A DNA stretch of 38,668 nt from NCBI GenBank assembly GCA_016839745.1, contig JAEOTS010000092.1, positions 1-38,668 on the forward strand, given 5' to 3'. Numbering within the stretch: position 1 is the first letter of the stretch; every line of letters starts with the position of its first letter. A model generated the notes under the pieces. The model saw only the letters and a program-made list of their open reading frames with translations. It ran no database searches and was not told the origin of the DNA. This document shows positions 12,243 to 21,931 of this stretch, in pieces. This DNA is from Promethearchaeota archaeon. Its GTDB lineage: Archaea > Asgardarchaeota > Lokiarchaeia > Sigyniarchaeales > SOKP01. Both the position numbers and the translations under genes were made by a program.

Positions 12243-13589
12243 TTGCGAGAGATTACACATTATATGGATAAAAAAATTGTGTTAATTGGCGCTGGGAGTG
12301 CCGCCTTTGGACCACCAACTTTTGTCGATTTGAACTTAAGTAAAGTATTGGCAGGCTCTACTATTTCGCTTGTCGACATAGATACAGAAAAGCTACACAT
12401 GATGTATGAGGTATTATCTGAAGATAATAAAAAATTAGGGGAAAAATTCAATATAGAAAGTACACCTGATAGAGAAAAAGCCCTTAAAGGAGCAGATTTC
12501 GTTATTAATTCAACTGAACATGGAGATAGATTTGAGTTGCGATGGCAAGATAACACAATCCCCAGAAACCACGGCTCAACAGAAAGGATGGGTGAGAATG
12601 GGGGTCCTGGAGGTTTTTTCCATAGTGCTCGCCAAATTCCTGAAATTATTAAGATTGCTAAAGATGTAGAAAGAATATGCCCAAAAGCTTTTTTCATTAA
12701 TTATTCAAATCCGGTGTCTCGCATATGTTTAGCTTTGAAAAGGGCTGTACCTAGTTTAAAAATGTTTGGTCTTTGTCACCAAATTGGTTTATTGACACCA
12801 CATCATCTACCAAAGATAATAGATAAAGAAGTAGGAGACTTACAGATAATCACTGGAGGTCTTAATCACTTCGCGTTTTTATTGGGGTTAAAGGAAATAA
12901 CAACTGGAAAAGATTTAATCCCTATATTTAATAAAAACTGTCTGACCTACTTTAAAGATAAATGGCACAGATTTCATTACGCCGATCTTACATTTGAGAT
13001 TTATAAAAGGTTTGGATGGTTTCCCTATGTTGGAGACAATCATATTTGTGAATATTTACAATTTGGGTCTCATTATACAACTGCTCAAGATTTAACCGAT
13101 TGGATTACTAGAATGGAACAGGAAAATAAGGCAGGAAATGCTCAATTAAAATGGTATTACAATCGTTTAAAGAAAGGAAAATATCTCAAGAAGGGTATGT
13201 TAATGAGGGGACCATCTGGAGAAAGAGCAATTCCCATTATTGAAGCAATAGTCCAAGATAGTAATTCTTATGAAATCGCTGTTAATATTCCTAACGATGA
13301 GATTATTAAAAATCTTCCTCGGGATTTAGTAATTGAATGTTCAGGAATAGTTAATAAAGAAGGTATCCGTGGAGTTAAACTTGGGAAAATTCCAAAAAAT
13401 ATTGCTGCAATATTACGAATAGAAGCCTCTATTCAGGATTTATGTGTTGAAGCTATTCTTCAAGAATCAAAGGACTTAGCCATTGACTGTCTTGCTATGG
13501 ATGTGAACTGTGGTAGTTTTCAAATGGCTGAAGCTATTTTTGAAGAGATGATTGAGGTACAAAAGGATTATCTACCTAATTTTAAATAA
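12243..13589 (+). CDS. GH4 NAD+/Mn2+-dependent glycosidase (alpha-galactosidase/glucosidase type)
   Basis: 'IVLIGAGS', 'GENGGPGG', 'NYSNP', 'GLCH', 'GLNHF'; likely start ATG at 12264. Confidence 0.93.
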   Translation: MREITHYMDKKIVLIGAGSAAFGPPTFVDLNLSKVLAGSTISLVDIDTEKLHMMYEVLSEDNKKLGEKFNIESTPDREKALKGADFVINSTEHGDRFELRWQDNTIPRNHGSTERMGENGGPGGFFHSARQIPEIIKIAKDVERICPKAFFINYSNPVSRICLALKRAVPSLKMFGLCHQIGLLTPHHLPKIIDKEVGDLQIITGGLNHFAFLLGLKEITTGKDLIPIFNKNCLTYFKDKWHRFHYADLTFEIYKRFGWFPYVGDNHICEYLQFGSHYTTAQDLTDWITRMEQENKAGNAQLKWYYNRLKKGKYLKKGMLMRGPSGERAIPIIEAIVQDSNSYEIAVNIPNDEIIKNLPRDLVIECSGIVNKEGIRGVKLGKIPKNIAAILRIEASIQDLCVEAILQESKDLAIDCLAMDVNCGSFQMAEAIFEEMIEVQKDYLPNFK

Positions 13590-13684
13590 TTTTTATAATA
13601 AGCCATCTTTAAAGTTATTCAAGGAGGATCATATTTTCAATTTGTAAAAATCTTATTAACGGTGAATAATTTTAATTTCAAAGT

Positions 13685-14578
13685 ATGAATAAAACTCCAC
13701 TTATAGAAAAACTTGGTTTTGAAACCACAGATAAAGTGGTAATTTTACACATTGACGATGTAGGATTTTCTCACGCCTCAAATGTAGCTACTTTTGAGTG
13801 TTTGGATTTTGATGTCGCGAGCTGTGGATCGGCTATAGTCCCTGCTCCTTGGTTTTTAGAAACCGCATCAATTTGTAAAAAAAAGCCCTCATATGATATT
13901 GGTGTACATATTACTCTTACAAGTGAATACGAACTTTACAGATGGCGGGCGTTGAGTAGTGTGGATCCTAAAACGGGTTTACTTGACTCAGAGAGGTCCT
14001 TGTGGCGGACTTCTGAGGAAGCGATTGGTCGTATAAGTACCCAAGCAGCAGAAGTAGAAATGCGAACGCAAGTTCAGATGGCAATTGATAACGGTATTGA
14101 TGTCACTCATATTGATACTCATATGGGTACTGTTATGGCACCTAAATTTCTCCCTTCTTATTTGAAGATTGCCCGAGAGTTTAATGTTCCTGCATTTCTA
14201 CCCCGAGTAACGAGAAGCGAAATAGAAGCTAGAGGATTAGGAGCTCTTGCAGATTTTTACTTAAAACTACTTGCTGATCTTGAGAAAAAAGGGACTCCTA
14301 TAATCGATAATTTAATTACTGAGACAATGGGTGATAGTCCTAATAAAACAGAATATTATTGTAAAATGTTTAAGGATCTTAAACCGGGAATAACACATTT
14401 TTTGTTTCACCCTGCAAAGATGAGCCCTGAATTAAAATCTATTGCCCCAGATTCAGCTAAATTTCGAGATCTTGATTACCAAGCATTTATTGATCCCAAA
14501 CTCAAAGAATGTATTAAAGAACTTGACTTAAAAATAATTGGATACAGAGAAATCAGGGAAGTTATTAGAGGAAATTGA
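13685..14578 (+). CDS. YdjC/ChbG family carbohydrate deacetylase
   Basis: 'HIDDVG', 'GVHITLTSE', 'THIDTHMG', 'FHP'. Confidence 0.88.
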   Translation: MNKTPLIEKLGFETTDKVVILHIDDVGFSHASNVATFECLDFDVASCGSAIVPAPWFLETASICKKKPSYDIGVHITLTSEYELYRWRALSSVDPKTGLLDSERSLWRTSEEAIGRISTQAAEVEMRTQVQMAIDNGIDVTHIDTHMGTVMAPKFLPSYLKIAREFNVPAFLPRVTRSEIEARGLGALADFYLKLLADLEKKGTPIIDNLITETMGDSPNKTEYYCKMFKDLKPGITHFLFHPAKMSPELKSIAPDSAKFRDLDYQAFIDPKLKECIKELDLKIIGYREIREVIRGN

Positions 14579-14591
14579 AATCAATCTGATG

Positions 14592-16559
14592 TTAAATATA
14601 ATTTACCCAAATTGGAGATGACCATCCCCTTTCACCGTCAAATTGAGTCGATCTGATGTAGTAGTAAGCAGCATCTCCTTTATTTAGAGTTTTATCTTCA
14701 AAGGCAAACTTAATTCTATCGCTTGATGGTACCCTAATTGCGATGACATCTCCATTCTTTATGAGTTCTACGCTTTCAAGCTTATCAGTACCACACACAG
14801 TTATAATTATTATAGGAGGTTTTGAAACCTCTACTTCCTCCCCCATTAGAGCTGATTCTATCGTAATTTTCATCCATATTCTTTCTCCCGTAGTAGCATA
14901 GCAACTCCGTTGATTAATGCTTTGAATCAAGTTTTTTGAACTTAATTTATCTGAAAAAATAGCTGCAATTCCTGGTCGATATCTTAGAATTGGAACTAAA
15001 TTTTTCATTTCATGCTGCCTTATAGGACATCCAGGATGTGAGTAGTGATCATCTCCGCCACCAATGAAACCTAATTTAAAGCCATTGTTTAATGCCCAAA
15101 TTACACTCCCCTTTTTTTTATTATTCACTAAAGGTCTATAATTTCCAGAAAAAGCTTCGCTTGAGCCATGAGATGAATAAATTTCGACCACTTTTTCTAT
15201 TTCATTGTCAACTTCGGTCCAAGATGTTCCCATTACATAACTAACTGGTGTATGAGAAATTATGGCGCATTCTATCCCGTTAAGTGCCTTATATAATTGA
15301 TGTTGAAAGCACCCATTCTCAGAATAATAATCAACTAAGGGAGCTTCTTCTGCAGCTTCTAAAGGAAATAGTATTACTTTATCAGATATAGATTCATAAG
15401 GGCTTTGCTCTTTTGTTGCAAGAGTTACACAATAATTCCGTCCAGACCACTCGTAACCCGGGATTGCTACAAAATCCTCATTACTCCAATCTTTACACAA
15501 ATTTATTAAAGAACTCCAAACCTTTTGGTTATATGGATAAGATACATTTGTGCGCCCCTCCATGAATTCATTATTCCTTTGGTTTAAATGATCTCCTAAG
15601 GCGGCAAAATCGTGCAAAACAACATTTTTTGCGTAATGGAACGCGTCTCTTCCCGTTCCAATACCGTCTGAAAATTCTCGAGTGTGAATATGAGTATCTC
15701 CCCAAAATACATCATTCTCTATGTCTTCATCCCAAACAATGGGATTTGAAGCTCCAGAAATAGTCTTAAATCTAACATATAATTTTCCTATAGTTGAATT
15801 TAATTCGGGAGCCACTGGAAATTGAGTATAACCTGTATTGTATTGCATTAAAGTGGTGATTTTTGAAGTCCTTGGATTTGGACTCTTAAACTTCAATTTC
15901 TGTTTAATTTTGACATACCCATTTTCTAATCTAGCGTTGTATGGATACTCTAAACACTCATCTCCGCGAATATTAACTTCCTCGTTAAAGTTATTATCCC
16001 TATTTCCGTTATTATCTAAAGCAATTATTTCAATATCTACAGGTTTTTCGTGATAAAGAGTGGGGATTTTAACTAAAAAGGAGTTAGCCTTTCCTGAGAT
16101 CATAGAAATTTTTTTAATTCCAATTCTTGAAAATAGTTTCTCTTTAGGTAGTTTCATATCTAGTGCACAGTAAACTTTATCAATATAAGCCATATCACCA
16201 GCGGTATTTATAGATTCTGTATTATTGTAATTAAACTGGATATAATCTCCGGGTTTCATTGGTTCGTTTATGAGATATCCTAACATTATACTAGAATATG
16301 TGGTTTTAACTTTACCGTTTACGGATGATTTAATTGAACAGAAATCGTTGTTGAAATTAATTAGTTCCCATCCGTAAGGTATTACAAATCTGAAAAGGGT
16401 GCGACGGGGATATTCTTTCTTGGAAGTAAATGTGATTCTTATTGAAGCAATACTGTTAACGATATATTCGTTATTGACTTCAAATTTAATATCTAATGCC
16501 TCATCTACCCTTTCTCTGTAATCAAAATACTCTCTCCCATTTTGTTCCAGTTTCATCAT
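14592..16559 (-). CDS. PHP-fold metallohydrolase (DUF3604 / CehA-McbA-like) with N-terminal beta-rich extension
   Basis: 'WGDTHIHT..SDG', 'GDH', 'GYEWS', 'EIYSSHG', 'GFIGGGDDH', 'YATTGERI', 'YYYIR...WSSPIWV'. Confidence 0.8.
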   Translation of the reverse strand: MMKLEQNGREYFDYRERVDEALDIKFEVNNEYIVNSIASIRITFTSKKEYPRRTLFRFVIPYGWELINFNNDFCSIKSSVNGKVKTTYSSIMLGYLINEPMKPGDYIQFNYNNTESINTAGDMAYIDKVYCALDMKLPKEKLFSRIGIKKISMISGKANSFLVKIPTLYHEKPVDIEIIALDNNGNRDNNFNEEVNIRGDECLEYPYNARLENGYVKIKQKLKFKSPNPRTSKITTLMQYNTGYTQFPVAPELNSTIGKLYVRFKTISGASNPIVWDEDIENDVFWGDTHIHTREFSDGIGTGRDAFHYAKNVVLHDFAALGDHLNQRNNEFMEGRTNVSYPYNQKVWSSLINLCKDWSNEDFVAIPGYEWSGRNYCVTLATKEQSPYESISDKVILFPLEAAEEAPLVDYYSENGCFQHQLYKALNGIECAIISHTPVSYVMGTSWTEVDNEIEKVVEIYSSHGSSEAFSGNYRPLVNNKKKGSVIWALNNGFKLGFIGGGDDHYSHPGCPIRQHEMKNLVPILRYRPGIAAIFSDKLSSKNLIQSINQRSCYATTGERIWMKITIESALMGEEVEVSKPPIIIITVCGTDKLESVELIKNGDVIAIRVPSSDRIKFAFEDKTLNKGDAAYYYIRSTQFDGERGWSSPIWVNYI

Positions 16560-18191
16560 CTATTTAGCATTTTTTATGTATAGAGAACTTCTTTTCGGTT
16601 CTTTAAATATCGTTAAAAAACCAAATAATTTTTTAATAAAAGTGGGCTGATATTCCTGTTTTTGAGCGTAATTAACTCCGAGGATATCTAATCGTTTGAG
16701 AAGATAATCAAGTCGGTTCGTAAAAGATTTATAGTTTTTTTGTTCTTTAGGGGTCCAATTTGACTCGGCAATTGCGATAAGGCGTGGAAAGGTTTGCCAG
16801 TCTAACTCTCTTACATTCCTGACCCATTCTGTCCACATTGGAGCCTCAATCCCTAAGATATTATTATGATAATCTTGATGTAATTTTTTAGGAACTGGTT
16901 CATAGTAATATGCTTTGCTTAAAGATGTGCGTTTATAAGAGTAATCGAGATATATATTACCAAATTGCGAGAAAACTACATTTCCTCCGTTTATTAAATG
17001 GTTCTTAATTATTTTTTTTCCAAAAAGCCATTTTTGTGCAATGATTTCATTACTTGATTTATCGTTTAGAATTTGATTCCATCCCATAATTCTACGACCA
17101 TGAGAGGATAAATACTTTTTAATCCGATTAGTAAAATATTTTTGAAGTTCTTTTTCGTTCTGTAAATTTTCTCTTTTTATTCTTTCTTGGCAATCAGAAC
17201 ATTTTTTCCATCTCTTCTTTGGAACTTCGTCTCCACCTATATGAATAATATTAGATGGAAATAGACGAACAATCTCATCTAAAGCATTGTTTAAGAATTC
17301 GAAAGTTATTTCTTTACCGACACAAAAAACATCTTTCTTGATTCCAAAGGTAGTTGATACTTGAAACGGACCTCCAGTGCAGCTAAATTTAGGGTACGCA
17401 GCTAAGGCTGCTTTTGAATGACCTGGAATATCAATTTCTGGAATAATTTTAATAAAAAGTTTATCAGCATAAGAAATTATCTCTTTTATCTCTTCTTGAG
17501 TATAATACCCTTCATGTGGGGTGGTATCCATTTTTTTACTAAGAAAACCGCCAATTTGGGTTTTTGCTCTCTTTGATCCAACTTCGGTCAGAAGGGGATA
17601 TTTCTTAATTTCAATTCTCCACCCTTGATCCTCTGTCAGATGCCAATGAAACACATTCATCTTGAAAAGTGCCATTAAATTAAGAATATGTTTTACAGCT
17701 TCTTTTCCCAAAAAATGTCTGCCTTCATCCAACATGTACCCTCTCCAAGGAAAACGAGGATAATCTTTAATCTCAATAGAAGGAATAATCCACTCAATAT
17801 TCTTTCTTTTTTCAACCTCTTCTACCTCTATCGGAAGTAATTGACGAATAGTTTGAATTCCGTAGAAAATTCCTATGGCTTTAGGTGCCGATATCACGAT
17901 TCTTTCTTGATTTATCCTAAGAGAATATCCCTCTTCGCTTAAAACATCTAACTTTCCGTTTAGCTTTAAGTATATAATATTGGATTTAGTTGAATCTGTT
18001 TTAGGATCGGTAATTACCAAATTAAAACCAGTTGCAGGCAGTAATAAATCTTTAAAATATTTGGCAACTTCTCTTAATTTCGAATCTGATTCAATAACAG
18101 TCTGCTCGGTAATTTTAAAACTTCCTTCCCCGATAATCATGTTGGTTGGTTTAGGAATTATATTAATTTCATTCATTAACATCGTCAGCAT
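16560..18191 (-). CDS. Beta-N-acetylhexosaminidase, GH20
   Basis: 'DYPRFPWRG.MLDEGRHF', 'HWHLTEDQGWR', 'PEIDIPGH', catalytic 'HIGGDE', 'WTE'; no signal peptide. Confidence 0.95.
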   Translation of the reverse strand: MLTMLMNEINIIPKPTNMIIGEGSFKITEQTVIESDSKLREVAKYFKDLLLPATGFNLVITDPKTDSTKSNIIYLKLNGKLDVLSEEGYSLRINQERIVISAPKAIGIFYGIQTIRQLLPIEVEEVEKRKNIEWIIPSIEIKDYPRFPWRGYMLDEGRHFLGKEAVKHILNLMALFKMNVFHWHLTEDQGWRIEIKKYPLLTEVGSKRAKTQIGGFLSKKMDTTPHEGYYTQEEIKEIISYADKLFIKIIPEIDIPGHSKAALAAYPKFSCTGGPFQVSTTFGIKKDVFCVGKEITFEFLNNALDEIVRLFPSNIIHIGGDEVPKKRWKKCSDCQERIKRENLQNEKELQKYFTNRIKKYLSSHGRRIMGWNQILNDKSSNEIIAQKWLFGKKIIKNHLINGGNVVFSQFGNIYLDYSYKRTSLSKAYYYEPVPKKLHQDYHNNILGIEAPMWTEWVRNVRELDWQTFPRLIAIAESNWTPKEQKNYKSFTNRLDYLLKRLDILGVNYAQKQEYQPTFIKKLFGFLTIFKEPKRSSLYIKNAK

Positions 18192-18221
18192 TTAATATTT
18201 CATTTTAAATATTGTAATCAT

Positions 18222-19439
18222 TTAAGAAGCTTGCTTCAGGAGAGAAGAAATATAATCCCATTTCTTATTGATCTTTTCGGCGGTTCGCAATCGGTTAAAA
18301 ATTTTATACTCAAAAGCCCCAATTAAATTATACAATCCTTTCACTTCTTTATATACATCGTAATTCTCGAACGATGACTTAAAGCCTTCAATGTTTTCAG
18401 AGCTCCAAAGTATTTCTTCATTTTTCATTTTCTTTGCTATGTTTTTAACCCAAAAATCTGCCATTTCCATGGAATAGTATAAGCCTGAAGATCCAAAGGG
18501 GTTCACAAAACCTGCGCTATCTCCAATAAGAACTACACCTGGAATTGGGACAATATTTTCTACCATTCGAGCGTTAGGAAGCCAAGTTACCTCTTCATAA
18601 TCAATTTTAGCCCCTTTAAAGAACTCACTAAATCCAGGATAGTATTTTTTCAAATTTCCCCAAACCTTCAAAATTTCGTCGTTATTAGGGATTTTAACCG
18701 TTTTCATTTGAGGTACTTGCGCCATTCTTAACATTAAACCCACTTCTACTCTTTTACCCTCTAAGGGAAAAATATAAGCAACGCACGGAGGGAAATTAGG
18801 CGCGTAGTCTAAATCGCCGTTTCCAATAAAAAAGAAATTCAAATCGGGAGTTTCCTTTATATTAATGTTTGCTTCGCTAATTAAGCATTTAATTATAGGG
18901 CAGTTGATTTCTTCGTCGTAAAGCACTCCATAATATCTGCCAATTACGCCGGAATATCCACTACAATCCATAATTGTCTTTCCATGAACTTCGCTAATAT
19001 TGCCAGATTTATCCTTGTAACTAACGCCAACGCACAATCCATTTTTTTCTATCGGTTTTATAACTTCACTTTCTAGAATAATCTCAACTCCTAGCTCGTT
19101 TGCTCTTTCTACGAATCTATCGATAAACCTCCGCCATTCGAAAAAATAATGAGGATATTCGCGATAAGTAGTAGTTATTTGTAGATCTCCAGGAGAATGC
19201 CAAACTCTACCTCCATTGGATTTAATTCCTATAGAGGGCAAATAGTCTTTTCCTAGAAGATCATCAACAATAGAATAATATCCCATACCTTCACCACGAG
19301 GTTTTGGTCCAGCTTCTTCTCCTTTTTCTAAAACAACTACTTTAAATCCTTCTCTAGCCGCCATTATACTTGCTGTTAAACCAGCTGGTCCGGCTCCAAC
19401 AATTATAAAATCAATATTCATTGAATTTTTAATAGTCAT
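18222..19439 (-). CDS. Geranylgeranyl reductase-family FAD oxidoreductase (divergent)
   Basis: 'IVGAGPAG', 'RFIDRF', 'DCSG', 'LIGDSAGFVNPFGSSG'; atypical 'PRGEG' and 'VAYIFP'. Confidence 0.85.
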   Translation of the reverse strand: MTIKNSMNIDFIIVGAGPAGLTASIMAAREGFKVVVLEKGEEAGPKPRGEGMGYYSIVDDLLGKDYLPSIGIKSNGGRVWHSPGDLQITTTYREYPHYFFEWRRFIDRFVERANELGVEIILESEVIKPIEKNGLCVGVSYKDKSGNISEVHGKTIMDCSGYSGVIGRYYGVLYDEEINCPIIKCLISEANINIKETPDLNFFFIGNGDLDYAPNFPPCVAYIFPLEGKRVEVGLMLRMAQVPQMKTVKIPNNDEILKVWGNLKKYYPGFSEFFKGAKIDYEEVTWLPNARMVENIVPIPGVVLIGDSAGFVNPFGSSGLYYSMEMADFWVKNIAKKMKNEEILWSSENIEGFKSSFENYDVYKEVKGLYNLIGAFEYKIFNRLRTAEKINKKWDYISSLLKQAS

Positions 19440-19519
19440 AGTTTGAAATAAGGAAAAAGAAAATTAATTATTTTTGTTGTTTTTGTTAATTTAACTACAA
19501 TTAAATTAGGATATTTTTT

Positions 19520-20692
19520 ATGTTTGATGTTGTTATATCTGGAGCAGGTCCCGCGGGTTCTAGATGCGCTCAAGTTCTTGCTGAGCAAGGTTATGAAGTC
19601 GCTCTTATTGAAAGAGATGTAACTTGGAGAAAACCATGTGGGGGGGCAGTAAGTTCGCGAATTTTTAGATATTACCCTCAGATGCGAAAAGAAAACTTTT
19701 ATCCGATTACGGGAACAGCTATCTATTCCGGGGACTACCATAAAATAGAATATTCTTGGAAAGGCATTAGAAATTATTCTATAAATGTGGATCGCTTAGA
19801 ATTTGATAACTTTATAAGAAATGTCGCGATTGATGCAGGAGCTCATTTGTTTGATAAGAATCTAGCTATCGATTTTATAACTAAAGATAAAAGAAAAATC
19901 GGAATTAAAGCAAGAACACCAGAAGGAACTAAAGAGTATTTAGGAAAAATCCTAGTAGTTGCGGATGGTATGAGCTCTAAGTTAGCCCCTAAAACAGGTT
20001 TGAGGAATAAATGGCAAATTGAAGAAATTGGATTAGCAAAATGCGCTATATTGGAAGGGGAGAATAATTTAGATAAAGATTCTATATCTTTCTTTTTTAG
20101 AAAATATAAAGGATATGGTTGGATATTCCCTCTTGATAACAACCGTTTTAACATTGGCTGTGGTACTTGGTTAGATGGAAATTTAAATAAAAACTTAAAT
20201 CAAGCATATCAAGAGTTTACAAATGACCCTTTCATAAAGAAATTCTTTCCAAAAACACATTATAAAGAAATTTGGAAAGGGGCTTACCCACTTCCAGGAT
20301 TAGGAGTGAAGGAAAAATGTTTATATGGAGATAACTTGCTAATGATTGGAGATGCTGCTGGTTTTGTCTCACCTATAAGTGGAGAAGGAATTCATTCAAG
20401 TATAGTATCTGGAAATGCCGCAGGTGAAATAGCTCGTAATGCTTTGAATCAGGGTGATGTTTCGAATGAGAGCTTAAAGAAGTATAAACGCTATCCGAAT
20501 ATCAAGAAAATTATTAGAAATTTTAAGATGAAAGTGTCTATAGTTGAATTTTTATTCGAAAAAGAGGGTCAAAACCTTTCTAAAATGTTAGAATTAGCTG
20601 AGACGGATGAATCGATAAGCGAGGAAATTATTAATATGTTCTTATCTAATAGCCCGCCTTCGAAAGAATTGCTTTTGAAAATTCAAACTTAA
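19520..20692 (+). CDS. Geranylgeranyl reductase-family protein (DGGR-like)
   Basis: 'SGAGPAG', 'KPCGG', 'RLEFD', 'ADG', 'GYGWIFP', 'GDAAGFVSPISGEGI'. Confidence 0.92.
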   Translation: MFDVVISGAGPAGSRCAQVLAEQGYEVALIERDVTWRKPCGGAVSSRIFRYYPQMRKENFYPITGTAIYSGDYHKIEYSWKGIRNYSINVDRLEFDNFIRNVAIDAGAHLFDKNLAIDFITKDKRKIGIKARTPEGTKEYLGKILVVADGMSSKLAPKTGLRNKWQIEEIGLAKCAILEGENNLDKDSISFFFRKYKGYGWIFPLDNNRFNIGCGTWLDGNLNKNLNQAYQEFTNDPFIKKFFPKTHYKEIWKGAYPLPGLGVKEKCLYGDNLLMIGDAAGFVSPISGEGIHSSIVSGNAAGEIARNALNQGDVSNESLKKYKRYPNIKKIIRNFKMKVSIVEFLFEKEGQNLSKMLELAETDESISEEIINMFLSNSPPSKELLLKIQT

Positions 20693-20746
20693 GTCCCTAA
20701 CGTTTGTTACATCAAAGTTTTTTCTTTTATCTTTTTTTAAAAATAA

Positions 20747-20820
20747 TTTATAAATGATCGAGAATAGTCATATATACATTTTTGGGAACGATACAAAAAT
20801 GTGATACATATAAAGAGGTG
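20747..20820 (+). promoter_or_regulatory. Candidate TATA box (TTTATAAA 20747-20754), 9-bp inverted repeat (20776-20802) and Shine-Dalgarno GAGGTG (20815-20820)
   Basis: Motifs read directly; SD lies 7 nt before the ATG at 20828. Confidence 0.5.
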
Positions 20821-20827
20821 AAATTAA

Positions 20828-21148
20828 ATGGTAATAGTCATTATGAGATTGATTCAGAGAGTGGCTAATGGTAAATGGGATGAATTAGAAGAGATTGATA
20901 AAAAATGCAATGAAGTTGAGGATAAATTAGGTTATCCTCCAAAAAAGCGATACCGCAGTCTATCTGGAGCTTACGGTAATAATGTTATTATTATTGAAAG
21001 AGAGTGGCAAAGCTTATCAAAAATGGAAAAAACTATGACAAAAGGTTTCTTAGACCCTGAATTGGTAAAATTAGATAAAAAACTAGATTCAATTATCGAA
21101 TGGCAAAAAACAGAATTGTATGTGCCTCATCCACCATTTCCAGAATAA
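20828..21148 (+). CDS. Small hypothetical protein, probable dimeric alpha-beta barrel (NIPSNAP-like)
   Basis: 106-aa ORF with a strong SD; pattern 'GKWDE...G....IIIEREWQSLSKME' resembles NIPSNAP/ABM folds. Confidence 0.55.
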   Translation: MVIVIMRLIQRVANGKWDELEEIDKKCNEVEDKLGYPPKKRYRSLSGAYGNNVIIIEREWQSLSKMEKTMTKGFLDPELVKLDKKLDSIIEWQKTELYVPHPPFPE

Positions 21149-21169
21149 AGAATATTTCTAGAACTTAAA

Positions 21170-21192
21170 TTCTTCTTCTTTCTTTTTTTTTT
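21170..21192 (+). terminator. Oligo-T archaeal terminator candidate
   Basis: Pyrimidine tract ending in a long T run ~20-45 nt after the stop at 21148. Confidence 0.45.
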
Positions 21193-21246
21193 ATAGGGAT
21201 GAAATAATGTTTAAAGGGATTCTGATATTTATTAAAATAAGTTACC

Positions 21247-21855
21247 ATGGGACAATTAAAGACATTTATACTTAAAACATATCATTTAATACCAGCACCA
21301 ATTTATGGATTGCTATCAGCTATAATAGGCATAACTGGAGATATTATTTCTATTTTGCTCTTCCAAGGATATAGCTTAAATCACATGATAAGTGCTTTGG
21401 GAACAGGTCCAGGAGGGATATACTTTAATATTGGAACATTCTTATCGGGTATGTTCGCTTTATTGTTCTATTTATATTTGATAAAAGCCATTGGAAAAGA
21501 GACCAATGATCAAAAAAAACACAAAGTAGGGAGCTTTTTCGCAATTAATTCTTGCATCTTTTTCTCCTTGGTTGGTGTTTTTCCAACTTCAACAAATATA
21601 GTAATTTTCGTACTTCATGGAACCTTTGCTTTAATAAGTTGGTTGAGCGCAATTGTGTATTTAAGTATTTTTAGTATTTTGATATATAAAAGTAAGAATT
21701 TTTCAAGGTTTTTCACGTACTTAGCGTTAATAACAGCGGGTACAATAATAGTTTTCCTATTGACATGGATACCGATAATTGAATGGATTATGGCTTTAGC
21801 AGTTTCAATTTGGATTACTCTAATCTCTGCTTATCTGCTTTATCGTAAGGTTTAA
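21247..21855 (+). CDS. DUF998 / Frag1-DRAM-Sfk1-like membrane protein
   Basis: About 5 hydrophobic helices; 'ISALG', 'FN', 'VGVFP', 'LH..FA', 'EW' motifs. Confidence 0.7.
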   Translation: MGQLKTFILKTYHLIPAPIYGLLSAIIGITGDIISILLFQGYSLNHMISALGTGPGGIYFNIGTFLSGMFALLFYLYLIKAIGKETNDQKKHKVGSFFAINSCIFFSLVGVFPTSTNIVIFVLHGTFALISWLSAIVYLSIFSILIYKSKNFSRFFTYLALITAGTIIVFLLTWIPIIEWIMALAVSIWITLISAYLLYRKV

Positions 21856-21931
21856 CTCTTAATTCGAGGCATTTTTTTAATATTTTAAATTTTAAAATAA
21901 TTTTAAAGCGATATTTAATAAGTTTAAGTTA

